From the NCBI GenBank assembly GCA_944391535.1, contig CALXTY010000003.1:1-39225 (forward strand): a stretch of DNA of 39,225 bases, in the 5' to 3' direction. The translations under genes and the position numbers were made by a program. Source of the DNA: an uncultured Alphaproteobacteria bacterium (GTDB lineage Bacteria; Pseudomonadota; Alphaproteobacteria; CAAGCB01; CAG-977). This document shows positions 17,998 through 27,545 of the stretch, one piece after another (the stretch's first letter is position 1; the number at the start of each line of letters is the position of its first letter). The notes beneath the pieces are model-generated. The model saw only the letters and a list, made by a program, of their open reading frames with translations, had not been told where the DNA came from and made no database searches.

Positions 17998-20900
17998 TTA
18001 GAAAAGCTCTGGAACAGGATCTTCCGGTTCTTCCTGCTTTTCGACAACAACAGGCTGAACAATCTGTGGCTGAACCTTGTCTTTATTCGGATCAATCAAC
18101 TGTTTAGGTCTTTGAGGTTGCTGACCTGCGTAGTTATTATAATAAATTTGTTGTTGTTGTTGCAAATTATTCGGATCATTCGGATTGGTTTGCATATTCT
18201 GAGCATTCGGATCTCCGGTTGTCGTTCCGGAAGAACCGCCGGAATTTTCCGATTCGATATTTTCTTTTTTATTTTTATCCGGATCAATCAAAACGTCTTT
18301 CTTTCTTGATGATGAGTCCTCATCATCATCTTCCAAAGCACTACGCAACCATAAATCCGAATTTGCAAACACGGTAATGCGCGTTCCGGAAGGAACGAAC
18401 AATCGAGTCTTTAACTGCGTCGTTTCTGCAAGAATGCCGTCAAAAACCTGTTGCATCGTATCAGAAAATCTTGTTCGAGCATCTTCAGCCGCCTGTTGTC
18501 TTCCGGTCATAGCGACTTCGCCTTCAGCGCCGACCTCCGCGGAATCGTTTGATGCCATCGCATACAAAATGGCAGAAGTAATCGTTGATTGAACGAACGG
18601 CAATCCGTACTTCTTCATCAACTGTCTGTCCATATACGCGCTCACCCCCGCTCGACCGGACGCATCGCCGGAAACGCCTTCTTCAAACTGGAATGCCGCT
18701 CCGTCCGGACGAATTAAACGCGTCCATTTGATTTCCACCTTAGAAGCCGATCCGACTTCTTCACCGGCTGACGAACCGCTTAATTCACCGATCACACGAC
18801 TGCCTGCCGGAATGATGATTTTTCGACCCGATTCCGAATATATGTTACGTTCAACTATTGCTGAAATCGGCAAATCGGGTTGTTCCGTATCAATCGAACG
18901 AACCAATACCGCAGGAATGGCTTTATCCGCCAAAATCATATTATCCATGTTGACACGATATGAAGAAACATTCTTCAACACACCCAAATCCGCCCAGCTT
19001 TTACTGCGCTTTTGTTTCTTCATCAAATCTTCTTCCGTTGACGAAACACCGATGCCCATGCCGGGACGAATCTGACGGCGATACGCCATCTGCAAGGCTC
19101 GCAATTGCTTAATTCTGGCGGGATCGTAACGTTCTCCCTGACCTGTCCCGCCACCGCTTCCCAAGGATTTCCCCCTATATCGATAACTGTCCGGATCAAA
19201 TGTGCCAAAAACTGAAACACGGTCTTTTGTATCAGTTTTTTCAGACGCTTGAACTGTTGTCGGCTCTGTCATTGAACCGATAATATTGCCGTCCAAATCA
19301 ACAACATTACCGTTTTCATCAACTCGACCGATGATATTACCGTTTTCATCGACAACCGTACCGTCCGGCATAATCATTCCTATGCGCTGCCCGTTTTTAC
19401 CAAAAGCAAAACGCTTCGCCTGAAGCTTATCATTCATCGCCGTCAGCTTCCCGCCGCGCCATGTCCCCAAAACGGTGCCGTCAGCGTCCACAATTTCTCC
19501 GTTCGCATTGATCCGGCCAATCATTTTTCCGTCCAAATCGACGACTCGACCGTCCGGCATAATGATCCCCACAATATTTCCCTGTTCGTCACGCATCGGT
19601 TCTCCTTCAATCACAGAACCGATCACATTGCCGTTCATATCTACGACCGTTCCGTCCGGCAATACCCGACCGACCACATTCCCGTTAGCATCTCGAACCA
19701 AGCCGTCTTCACCGACAACACCCAAAAATTTACCGTCACGCCCGACAGCAATACGAACATTTTTTGCCTCAACAGGCGGCCCGGCTCGACCGATAACTTT
19801 CCCGGTCGCATCAACAATTGTCCCGTCGGGCTGTACTCTTCCGATTACATTGCCTTTAAAATCAACAACCGTTCCGTCCGGCAATACCCGACCGATCACA
19901 TTGCCGTTCGCATCATAGGCCAAACGCTCGGGCGGCCCCGCCCGACCGATCACATTGCCGTTTGCATCAACGACCGTACCGTCCGGCAACATTTTGCCGA
20001 TCACATTGCCCTTTAAATCAACAACTGTTCCGTCCGGCAGAACTCTTCCGATCACGTTGCCGTTTGCATCGTAGACCAAACGGTCTTCCCCTGCTTTTGT
20101 CAGGAAATTTCCTTTTGAATCGACAATACCGTCTTCTTGCAAAGCCCGGCCGATAATGTTGCCGTTCATATCGACAACGGTACCGTCCGGCAACATTCTG
20201 CCAATGATATTGCCATTTTCATCACGCAAATATCCGTCTGCGTCAACAATGCCCAAAAATTTACCGTCGGGACTAAATACGGCTCCTTTCGGATAAGCTT
20301 TCCCTATCACATTACCGTCTAAATCGACAACCGTACCATCCGGCAACACTCGACCGATTATGTTGCCGTTTGCATCACGAATAAAACCGTCCGCACCAAC
20401 AACACCCAAAGGTTTACCGTCAGGACCATAAACCATTCTCCCGATCAATCCTTTAGGGAACAAAGAACCGTCGTCATTCGTGCTGATTAATGAAATCATA
20501 CATAAATGCGTCCCCGCATTGCTTAACGCCTGACCACTGGCCAACAGTCGTCCTAAAACCTGCTTACGATCGTCAACAATCGTTCCATCAAAATGAACCG
20601 TTCCAACAACGTTGTTTTTACCGTCCTTACATTCTTCTCCAAGCGGCACAACCCGACCTAAAAACTTGCGATTGCTCGTCAAAACACGCATCGAAGAAGT
20701 AACATAACCGACTTCCCGACCATTGTCGTTATAAACGTTTCCTCGTGGTAATACCGTCCCCACAATTTGACCGTCCGTCGCGATTACACGACGCCCCGAA
20801 GGAACCAACACGCCTAATTTTTTATTATTCGTGTCCGTTAAATCCTGACCGTTCAACATACCGACAAAAGAACCGCCTTGGGGATTGACGCCGTATGCCC

Positions 20901-23900
20901 CCCCTAAAATATGAGCAATGACACTGCCTTGATCATCAACGGCATATTTCATGTCGGAAGCAACGCCGATTATTTTTTGCCCTTTATCAACAACCGCGCC
21001 GTTAACCGTAAAACATCCTAAAACATCGCCTTGCGATCCTAAAGCTTCTCCATTGGACACGATTTTCCCGATCATTTGATCATCAGGACCTTTGACCTGT
21101 CCTTTTTGAACAACGCGTCCCAAGCGTTTGCCGTTTTTATCTTTGACCAAACCTTCAAAATCGACACAACCGATTTGTTCCCCTTGATTGTTGACGGCTT
21201 TTCCTTGCGCCGTCATTTGACCGATGATATTGCACGGCTCATTGATTATGCTTTCCTGTCCTAACGCCAAACCGATCTGAGAATTCCCCGAATTGATCAA
21301 TGAACGATCGTAATTCAAACGACCAATCTGCCGTCCCGTCGGATCAATTACGTTCCCCGCATCGTCAATCGCGCCTAATGTTTGACATTGCAAACCAATC
21401 GGAACGGCATTTACAACGCCTTTTCCGATAACGATATCGTTCCCGTCCGTAATGGTGTCATCTGCTTGTAAAGTCCCCAAGGATTCCTCAGAACCGACTT
21501 GCCTGACCTGTCCGGAAGAATCAATCTTTCCTATGATTTCATTTTTAAAGTTCAATCCCAGACCGTCTTTTACGGTATAGCCCGCGATCTTTGATCCCAA
21601 AGCCGTCACCGTACCGTCGGACTGAAGACGACCAATCACATTGCCTTTCAAATCAACAACCGTGCCGTCAGCTAAAACACGGCCGATTAAATTACCGTTT
21701 TCATCATATACCAATTGTTCCGGAGATCCCGCCCGACCAATTACATTGCCGTTTAAATCCACAACCGTCCCGTCCGGTAACATTTTACCGATGACATTGC
21801 CGTTTAAATCAACAACCGTCCCGTCAGGCAACACACGACCGATCACGTTGCCGTTTTCATCATACACCAAACGTTCCAACGACTCTCCGACTTTCCCGAT
21901 CTGCTTGCCGCTGTCTTCCACAACGGAACCGCCGGCTCTGTAACGCAAAGGTTTACCGTCGGATCCTAAAACAGGATTTCCGTCTTTATCCACAATCTGT
22001 CCGTCAATGCCGACATAACCTATAATCTTACCGTCAGGACCGATAATTGGCTGACCGACAGGAATAACTTCCCCTATAACACGACCGTTTTTATCGACAA
22101 CCCTACCGTTTAAATCCGCCTTGCCGATAACGCGTCCCGAAGCGTCAACAACCGTCCCGTCAGGCATGACGACACCTAAAATTTCTCCGTTCGGGCCTAT
22201 CACTTGACGCATACCGACAAAAATTTTACCAACAACGCGCCCTTCTTTATTAATAATTTCTCCGGACGGCATTTTTAAACGCCCCAAATAACGGCTGAGA
22301 AGATCTAGAGCCGTCCCGTCAGGCAACAAACGTCCGATCTTTTCACTGGTTTTTATATCCAGCACGTCCGCTTTGCGCGGAATGATCCCTCCGAAAATAT
22401 TATCCCCTTCTTTAATAAATCCGCTAAGCGTTACGGATCCGATAAATTCCGTCCCTTGCAGATTCATCGCTTTGGCAATGGAATCACCTCTGGCATAAAG
22501 ATGCGTCTTGTCATTGACGGCGATTCCTTCGGGCAAAGCCGCTCCTAAAAATTTGTTCCCCGCATCAACAAATAAAGAATCCGGACGTAAACACCCGATT
22601 TTTTCTCCGGCAGGATTCAATAATGCCCCGTCCAAATTCACAGAACCCAAATACATATCTTTCGCGCTGATGGCTCTGTTCGCGTAAGCAACACGCCCGA
22701 CAAATTCTCCGTTTTCTTTCGTTAAAGAATCGTCATTTTGAATAAAAGCCGTCCGATTGAATCCGTCATCAACAACACGCCCGTCAATCAAAATTCGACC
22801 GACTGTCTCACACGCCCCTTTTAATGCCTTGCCCTTGTAAGGAGCCACTCTGGCAACCGTTTGTCCGGTCAAATCAATGACACTACCGTCAGGCATCACT
22901 TTCCCGACCGTGCTGTTTTTTCCATTTGACACCGATCCGTCCGGCATTACCCAACCGATCGTACGACCGCTGCGATCCAGCACCCCGCCAAACGGCATTA
23001 ACATACCGACAGCTTCGTTCTTTGAATTGATGACAAGACCGTCCGGATCCATACAACCTAATATTTTTCCTTGCTTATCCTGAACCTTTCCCGCAGAATC
23101 CATTACGCCGACAACTCGACCGTCACCATTTAAAGCGACACCGAAATCCAGTATCCTGCCCAGAACAACCTTTTGATTATCCAAAATTTCGCCGTTAGCC
23201 GCCAAACAACCGACCATTTCTCCTCTGGTCGTAACGACTTCGCCATCCAAGTTGGCATATCCTAATGACATACACCCGGGACCAACGCCCACATTTTGAC
23301 GAGATAACGCACCTTCAATTTTTCCTTTCGTCGACAAAAATGATTTGTCCGGCAGTATGCGTCCTTTAATCTCACCATTTCCCACAACACTGCCGTCGGG
23401 CATAACACGTCCCACAACACCGCATTGCGTCCCGACAATTGTTCCTTTGGGCAAAACCGCGGCGGTAATTTCTTCCGCGTCATTAACAACCGTACCGTAC
23501 GGCGTTAAACACCCTAAAGGATCCCCTTTAAAACTGACGGGATGCCCTTCTGAATCAACTTTACCGACAATTTTGCCCGCCCAGTCGATTAAAGCGCCTT
23601 CTTCAACATAACCGCCGATCGGATTACCAACCATATCGACAACCGTCATAGACGCTGTCAATCGACCCACTTGACGATTAGAGGACATGACGGAACCGTC
23701 CGTACTGATCCGGCCGATCATTTTACAGCCCGGCCCGATAGCCAAACCTTCTTTAACAACGCGACCGATAATGTTCCCGTCTTTATCAACCACTAAACCG
23801 TTGGGCAGGACGCGACCGATAATATTACCGTCTTTATCTACAACCGTACCATCGGGCATAACGATCCCCAAAGGATTGCCCAAAGCATCGACAACCGTTC

Positions 23901-25014
23901 CCTGCGGGGCGACGGATCCGATAATATTGCCGTTGGCGTCAACAATCGTCCCGTCCGGATTTAAATAGCCGATCACGTTCCCGTTTTCATCGACAACCGT
24001 ACCGTCCGGCATGATCCGTCCAATGGGATTGCCATTTTTATCATACGCTATCCCCGTTCGAACCGCAGATCCGATTACATTCCCGTTTTCATCAACGATT
24101 GTGCCATCCGGCAAAGCGTGACCGATCAGGCGACCGTCTTTATCTACAACACGACCGTCCGCTAAAATTGTTCCAAGAATTTCTCCGTTCGGGCCGATCG
24201 CCAAACGCGTTCCTTCCGCCACACCGATCACATAACCTTGATCATCAACAACCGTTCCGTCTTCGCGCAAAGTACCAATGCGTTTGCCGTCCAAACCGTA
24301 AACAACGCCATTTTCGTCGGCATATCCGATCGGTTTGCCGTCAGGACCTAAAATCACACGACCTTTTTGGCGCAACTGATCCAACATTGTCCCGCCACTG
24401 CCCGGAGCTTCATCACACACGCCGCACATACTGGTATCAATAGCCATGGCGGAAATAGGAACAATCACTTTACGGCCGATACCGCCAAAAGTTTCATCAA
24501 CCCAACGAATGGACAGATTGGATTGAATCGTTCGAGCGGTTTTCGGTTCCCAACGAACGACGACGTTGCAAGTGACGTCTCCGGTCAGAACGATGTCTTT
24601 GCGACACTTGTTCTCCAAAACAAATCCGTCTTCTTGTTTATTCTCAAACTCTATCGACGAAATGCTAATCCGTCCGGAAGACGCCGAAAGTGTCAACGTG
24701 CCTTCCGCCATTGTCCCCAGAACCACCTGATCAAAGCGCATCGTTTCCGGAGACACCACCAAACGAACCGTCGCCGCAGAAGCCGGATCATCACCCAAAT
24801 TGAACGCGTCGGCATTCCCGCCGACAATGCTGCTAGAACTCTCGGCCGAACCTCCAATGGTAACTTCGGCGTCCTTTTTATGTTCTTCTCCCCCGCTCAG
24901 CAGAATAATCACGCCCGTCAAAAACGCTAAAAGAGCGACTATTCCAACAATCAAAAGCATCCTGTTGGATTTCTTTAAATATCTGTCTGATGAGCTGAGT
25001 AATTCTTCGTTCAT
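17998..25014 (-). CDS. virB10: Giant VirB10/TrbI-family T4SS core protein with long repeat region (~2338 aa)
   Basis: N-terminal TM helix (MLLIVGIVALLAFLTGVIILLS). C-terminal TrbI domain at ~18346-18939 (IPAVL..SID, IIIPAGSRVIG, WTRLIRPDG, DASGRAG, VPSGTRITVFANSDL). Lies between virB9 and virB11; ATG 25014 overlaps the virB9 TGA. Confidence 0.88.
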   Translation of the reverse strand: MNEELLSSSDRYLKKSNRMLLIVGIVALLAFLTGVIILLSGGEEHKKDAEVTIGGSAESSSSIVGGNADAFNLGDDPASAATVRLVVSPETMRFDQVVLGTMAEGTLTLSASSGRISISSIEFENKQEDGFVLENKCRKDIVLTGDVTCNVVVRWEPKTARTIQSNLSIRWVDETFGGIGRKVIVPISAMAIDTSMCGVCDEAPGSGGTMLDQLRQKGRVILGPDGKPIGYADENGVVYGLDGKRIGTLREDGTVVDDQGYVIGVAEGTRLAIGPNGEILGTILADGRVVDKDGRLIGHALPDGTIVDENGNVIGSAVRTGIAYDKNGNPIGRIMPDGTVVDENGNVIGYLNPDGTIVDANGNIIGSVAPQGTVVDALGNPLGIVMPDGTVVDKDGNIIGRVLPNGLVVDKDGNIIGRVVKEGLAIGPGCKMIGRISTDGSVMSSNRQVGRLTASMTVVDMVGNPIGGYVEEGALIDWAGKIVGKVDSEGHPVSFKGDPLGCLTPYGTVVNDAEEITAAVLPKGTIVGTQCGVVGRVMPDGSVVGNGEIKGRILPDKSFLSTKGKIEGALSRQNVGVGPGCMSLGYANLDGEVVTTRGEMVGCLAANGEILDNQKVVLGRILDFGVALNGDGRVVGVMDSAGKVQDKQGKILGCMDPDGLVINSKNEAVGMLMPFGGVLDRSGRTIGWVMPDGSVSNGKNSTVGKVMPDGSVIDLTGQTVARVAPYKGKALKGACETVGRILIDGRVVDDGFNRTAFIQNDDSLTKENGEFVGRVAYANRAISAKDMYLGSVNLDGALLNPAGEKIGCLRPDSLFVDAGNKFLGAALPEGIAVNDKTHLYARGDSIAKAMNLQGTEFIGSVTLSGFIKEGDNIFGGIIPRKADVLDIKTSEKIGRLLPDGTALDLLSRYLGRLKMPSGEIINKEGRVVGKIFVGMRQVIGPNGEILGVVMPDGTVVDASGRVIGKADLNGRVVDKNGRVIGEVIPVGQPIIGPDGKIIGYVGIDGQIVDKDGNPVLGSDGKPLRYRAGGSVVEDSGKQIGKVGESLERLVYDENGNVIGRVLPDGTVVDLNGNVIGKMLPDGTVVDLNGNVIGRAGSPEQLVYDENGNLIGRVLADGTVVDLKGNVIGRLQSDGTVTALGSKIAGYTVKDGLGLNFKNEIIGKIDSSGQVRQVGSEESLGTLQADDTITDGNDIVIGKGVVNAVPIGLQCQTLGAIDDAGNVIDPTGRQIGRLNYDRSLINSGNSQIGLALGQESIINEPCNIIGQMTAQGKAVNNQGEQIGCVDFEGLVKDKNGKRLGRVVQKGQVKGPDDQMIGKIVSNGEALGSQGDVLGCFTVNGAVVDKGQKIIGVASDMKYAVDDQGSVIAHILGGAYGVNPQGGSFVGMLNGQDLTDTNNKKLGVLVPSGRRVIATDGQIVGTVLPRGNVYNDNGREVGYVTSSMRVLTSNRKFLGRVVPLGEECKDGKNNVVGTVHFDGTIVDDRKQVLGRLLASGQALSNAGTHLCMISLISTNDDGSLFPKGLIGRMVYGPDGKPLGVVGADGFIRDANGNIIGRVLPDGTVVDLDGNVIGKAYPKGAVFSPDGKFLGIVDADGYLRDENGNIIGRMLPDGTVVDMNGNIIGRALQEDGIVDSKGNFLTKAGEDRLVYDANGNVIGRVLPDGTVVDLKGNVIGKMLPDGTVVDANGNVIGRAGPPERLAYDANGNVIGRVLPDGTVVDFKGNVIGRVQPDGTIVDATGKVIGRAGPPVEAKNVRIAVGRDGKFLGVVGEDGLVRDANGNVVGRVLPDGTVVDMNGNVIGSVIEGEPMRDEQGNIVGIIMPDGRVVDLDGKMIGRINANGEIVDADGTVLGTWRGGKLTAMNDKLQAKRFAFGKNGQRIGMIMPDGTVVDENGNIIGRVDENGNVVDLDGNIIGSMTEPTTVQASEKTDTKDRVSVFGTFDPDSYRYRGKSLGSGGGTGQGERYDPARIKQLRALQMAYRRQIRPGMGIGVSSTEEDLMKKQKRSKSWADLGVLKNVSSYRVNMDNMILADKAIPAVLVRSIDTEQPDLPISAIVERNIYSESGRKIIIPAGSRVIGELSGSSAGEEVGSASKVEIKWTRLIRPDGAAFQFEEGVSGDASGRAGVSAYMDRQLMKKYGLPFVQSTITSAILYAMASNDSAEVGAEGEVAMTGRQQAAEDARTRFSDTMQQVFDGILAETTQLKTRLFVPSGTRITVFANSDLWLRSALEDDDEDSSSRKKDVLIDPDKNKKENIESENSGGSSGTTTGDPNAQNMQTNPNDPNNLQQQQQIYYNNYAGQQPQRPKQLIDPNKDKVQPQIVQPVVVEKQEEPEDPVPELF
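19270..24363 (-). repeat. Intragenic coding repeat array, 17-aa unit (consensus ~DGTVVDxNGNVIGRVLP) in ~51-aa modules
   Basis: Visible in the translation and as recurring ccgatcacattgccg / accgtccgg words in DNA; ~1700 aa, roughly 100 units. Conserved blocks alternate with degenerate Cys-bearing blocks. Confidence 0.92.
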
Positions 25015-26537
25015 TGTGTCCGCACAACCATACAAGTCACACCACGGCGACCTAATTGATTACATAATTTATCCCCCGCCTCGATACTGTCCACGGGACC
25101 GATGCGCAAACGGAATAAATCCCTTGATTCACCTTCGGCAACCGCATCAACGGAATAATACGGCTCGTAAGATCCCAATAGATCTTTGTTCTTACGGGAT
25201 ATGTTATCCCATTTTTGTTCCAAAGGCGCAATTTCTCTGTCCGCTCCTAATTCGACGGCGATTGTTTCTTCAGCTGCGGAACGGTAGCGCTGTCTCATAC
25301 GAGAGGTATTGCCTTGTTCTTGGCGTCCCGAAAATTGAGCAATCTGATTCGCCGACAAAATACCGTTCGGCCCCGCTTGCATCATTAAACTGTTAGCCGC
25401 CCGCATATTGGCATTGTCAGCGTTTGAAGATGCTGACACCGTCGTTCCGTTGTAGCCTCCCGTCGTTATCATCGGCCCCGGAGACCATTGAGGCTGAACG
25501 GAAGGTTCGTATTCAACCCATTCCGTACCAAAAGACGGATCTTTTCTGATCTTCAAACATAAAATCCGTTTCCCGTTACGTAAAACCAAATCTCCGATCC
25601 CTTCAACAACCATCAACCTGCCGTTCGGCCCTCTTGTCCTGAAACCGATCGGCACTTCGGATCCTTGCGACAACAAATTCACAATCGGACGTTCCGTCAT
25701 CGTCAACGCTTTCGGACCGAAATCAATATATGTAAAGATCTCGTCGCGCCACACACGTTCCGGTGCAATTTCCATGTCCGCCGGATTGGGAACAAATACG
25801 TCTATGTCAAAACGCAATTTTTCAGGATCGACTTCAATATCCGCCAACCAGTCTTCCGTCCCGTTCTTTGTCGTCGCTTTTTTGGTTCCTTTAATCGCAC
25901 TGCCAAAACTTCCGCTTGTTAATCCTCCTCCCATTCCGACGGCTCCTGCCGAAAAAGGCGTCTGTCCTGAATCATCGGGAACGAATTTTGCATCGTTGAC
26001 AACAATGTCAACAACAGAGTTTGTAATTCTGTCCGTATTAAAGGTCTCGCTTCTTAAATAAAAGACATATCTGTTACCCGAACGACCGAATACAATCATA
26101 TTCGTGTCCATACCGACCAAATCGACGCTGGCGGCGAAGACCATTAAAGCATTTTGGGCGACTTTCTGAGCCCCGAAAGCGCTTTCGTTACCCAAAAAAA
26201 CGTTTTCGATCAATTCCCACGAAGGAAAATTGATCAACGTATGCATTCCTTCCCTGATCCGAAGAGGCAACACCAAATCCGGCGTCCAATAATATCTGGA
26301 ATAGCCCGGCTTCGATTGACCTTCTCCAAGATGTTCCATCGGCTTGTTCCAAGCTTTTTGTTGCATTCCCAAAGACCAAAACGGCATATCGATTTCGGAA
26401 TACTGCCCGTTCGATTGTTCTATCGCCGCGTCCATGGATTCACGCGCGGCCGTCTGTTGAGCCACAACCGACTGCGTTAAAAAGCAAAGCGATACAAAAA
26501 CAAATGCAAAAAGGCGATTACTTAAACTTCTTTTCAC
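25011..26537 (-). CDS. virB9: VirB9/TrbG-family T4SS core protein fused to a C-terminal SPOR domain
   Basis: Signal peptide; DTNMIVFGRSGNRYVFYL, IAPERVWRDEIFTYIDF, LVLRNGKRILCL (VirB9-like). C-terminal IAVELGA...FRLRIGP...AGDKLCNQLGRRGVTCMVV (SPOR). GTG start after AGAAGG. Confidence 0.85.
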   Translation of the reverse strand: MKRSLSNRLFAFVFVSLCFLTQSVVAQQTAARESMDAAIEQSNGQYSEIDMPFWSLGMQQKAWNKPMEHLGEGQSKPGYSRYYWTPDLVLPLRIREGMHTLINFPSWELIENVFLGNESAFGAQKVAQNALMVFAASVDLVGMDTNMIVFGRSGNRYVFYLRSETFNTDRITNSVVDIVVNDAKFVPDDSGQTPFSAGAVGMGGGLTSGSFGSAIKGTKKATTKNGTEDWLADIEVDPEKLRFDIDVFVPNPADMEIAPERVWRDEIFTYIDFGPKALTMTERPIVNLLSQGSEVPIGFRTRGPNGRLMVVEGIGDLVLRNGKRILCLKIRKDPSFGTEWVEYEPSVQPQWSPGPMITTGGYNGTTVSASSNADNANMRAANSLMMQAGPNGILSANQIAQFSGRQEQGNTSRMRQRYRSAAEETIAVELGADREIAPLEQKWDNISRKNKDLLGSYEPYYSVDAVAEGESRDLFRLRIGPVDSIEAGDKLCNQLGRRGVTCMVVRTQ

Positions 26538-26549
26538 GGGACACCTTCT

Positions 26550-27317
26550 TTACTCGTTAGCACTTTCGATTGAATAGCCGTCAACAGCAAAACCCAAAGG
26601 ATTCTTCAATCGATTAATATATTTAACTTCTTTTTGATCCTTGGCAAAATATTTGATCGACAAACGTATTCGCCAACGCGAAACCGCCGGTTCTTCTGCT
26701 TCGGGCAACATATCTCTGGTCACAATGTAAACCAACCAAATATTTTGGTTGCGAACAACGGATTCAATCCGGACTTCTCTGGTCAAACCTTCCAGTTTAA
26801 TTCGAGACAACCAATCTTTGACCGTCTTGCTAAACTGGTTGTATACCTGAGCGGAAGACATCCAACGCAAAGGACCGTCCGTCCCCCAACGAAACGACAT
26901 TTCATCAACATCGGATATCATCGTGTTGCGCAAAAGAACGTATTGGCGAATCATCGCTTCGGAAATAATATCCTCAGCCGCCATATCTTTCGCCAAAGGG
27001 CGAATTTTCACGACTTGTTCCTCTCTGTTCTGAAATGTCAGCAAAAAAGGTTCCACTCGTTTCAACGGCATCATATGAGAGATCGCCAAAAGTAAAACCA
27101 AGTTCACGCACAACGCCACCGCAGACACGATCGCAAAAGCACGCGCCGTCCACAAATAACGCCGTTCCCGCAGCTGATCGACAGACACCTCTTCGCTTAT
27201 GTTTTCAACAAACGAAGGCTTCTTTAAAGAGCTTTTCTGAATTTCATCTTCTTTGACAGATCCGGTTCCATGCTCTTTCACAGTCAACTGCTGTCTTGAT
27301 TTCACAGGTCTTGGCAT
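26550..27317 (-). CDS. virB8: VirB8-family T4SS protein (downstream paralog)
   Basis: Single TM helix then MPLKRVEPFLL, EAMIRQYVLLR, RLKNPLGFAVDGY (NPxG motif). Confidence 0.87.
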   Translation of the reverse strand: MPRPVKSRQQLTVKEHGTGSVKEDEIQKSSLKKPSFVENISEEVSVDQLRERRYLWTARAFAIVSAVALCVNLVLLLAISHMMPLKRVEPFLLTFQNREEQVVKIRPLAKDMAAEDIISEAMIRQYVLLRNTMISDVDEMSFRWGTDGPLRWMSSAQVYNQFSKTVKDWLSRIKLEGLTREVRIESVVRNQNIWLVYIVTRDMLPEAEEPAVSRWRIRLSIKYFAKDQKEVKYINRLKNPLGFAVDGYSIESANE

Positions 27318-27330
27318 AGTCTTTTTCCTG

Positions 27331-27525
27331 TTATCCTTGAGCTGTCACCATTATCCAATCCGGCAAATCCGCCGGCAATTTTAAGAGCATACAAGCGCAC
27401 GGAGAACGCTTCAGCTCTGAAATATCCCGACCGATACCGACCGGTTCCTTTTCATAAATGGAGCCGCACGCATTTAAAAAAGCACATAAAATAATCATCA
27501 AAGCCATCGTCCGGATTTTTTTCAT
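27331..27525 (-). CDS. virB7: Small lipoprotein, VirB7-like
   Basis: 64 aa, lipobox FLNAC, extra cysteines in ELKRSPCAC, located between two virB8 genes; RBS AAGGAG. Confidence 0.7.
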   Translation of the reverse strand: MKKIRTMALMIILCAFLNACGSIYEKEPVGIGRDISELKRSPCACMLLKLPADLPDWIMVTAQG

Positions 27526-27545
27526 GATCGCTTTCTCCTTAAAAT

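Noticed and set aside
19270-24363. Periodic DNA repeats as a possible CRISPR array or non-coding repeat
   Set aside because: They are in frame inside one long ORF, vary at synonymous positions, have no unique spacers, and no cas genes are present.
18377-25396. Plus-strand Pro/Thr/Ser-rich ORFs opposite virB10/virB9 (e.g. 19475-19918, 24367-24930, 24800-25396)
   Set aside because: Their repetitiveness is simply the reverse complement of the Gly/Val/Asp repeat codons.
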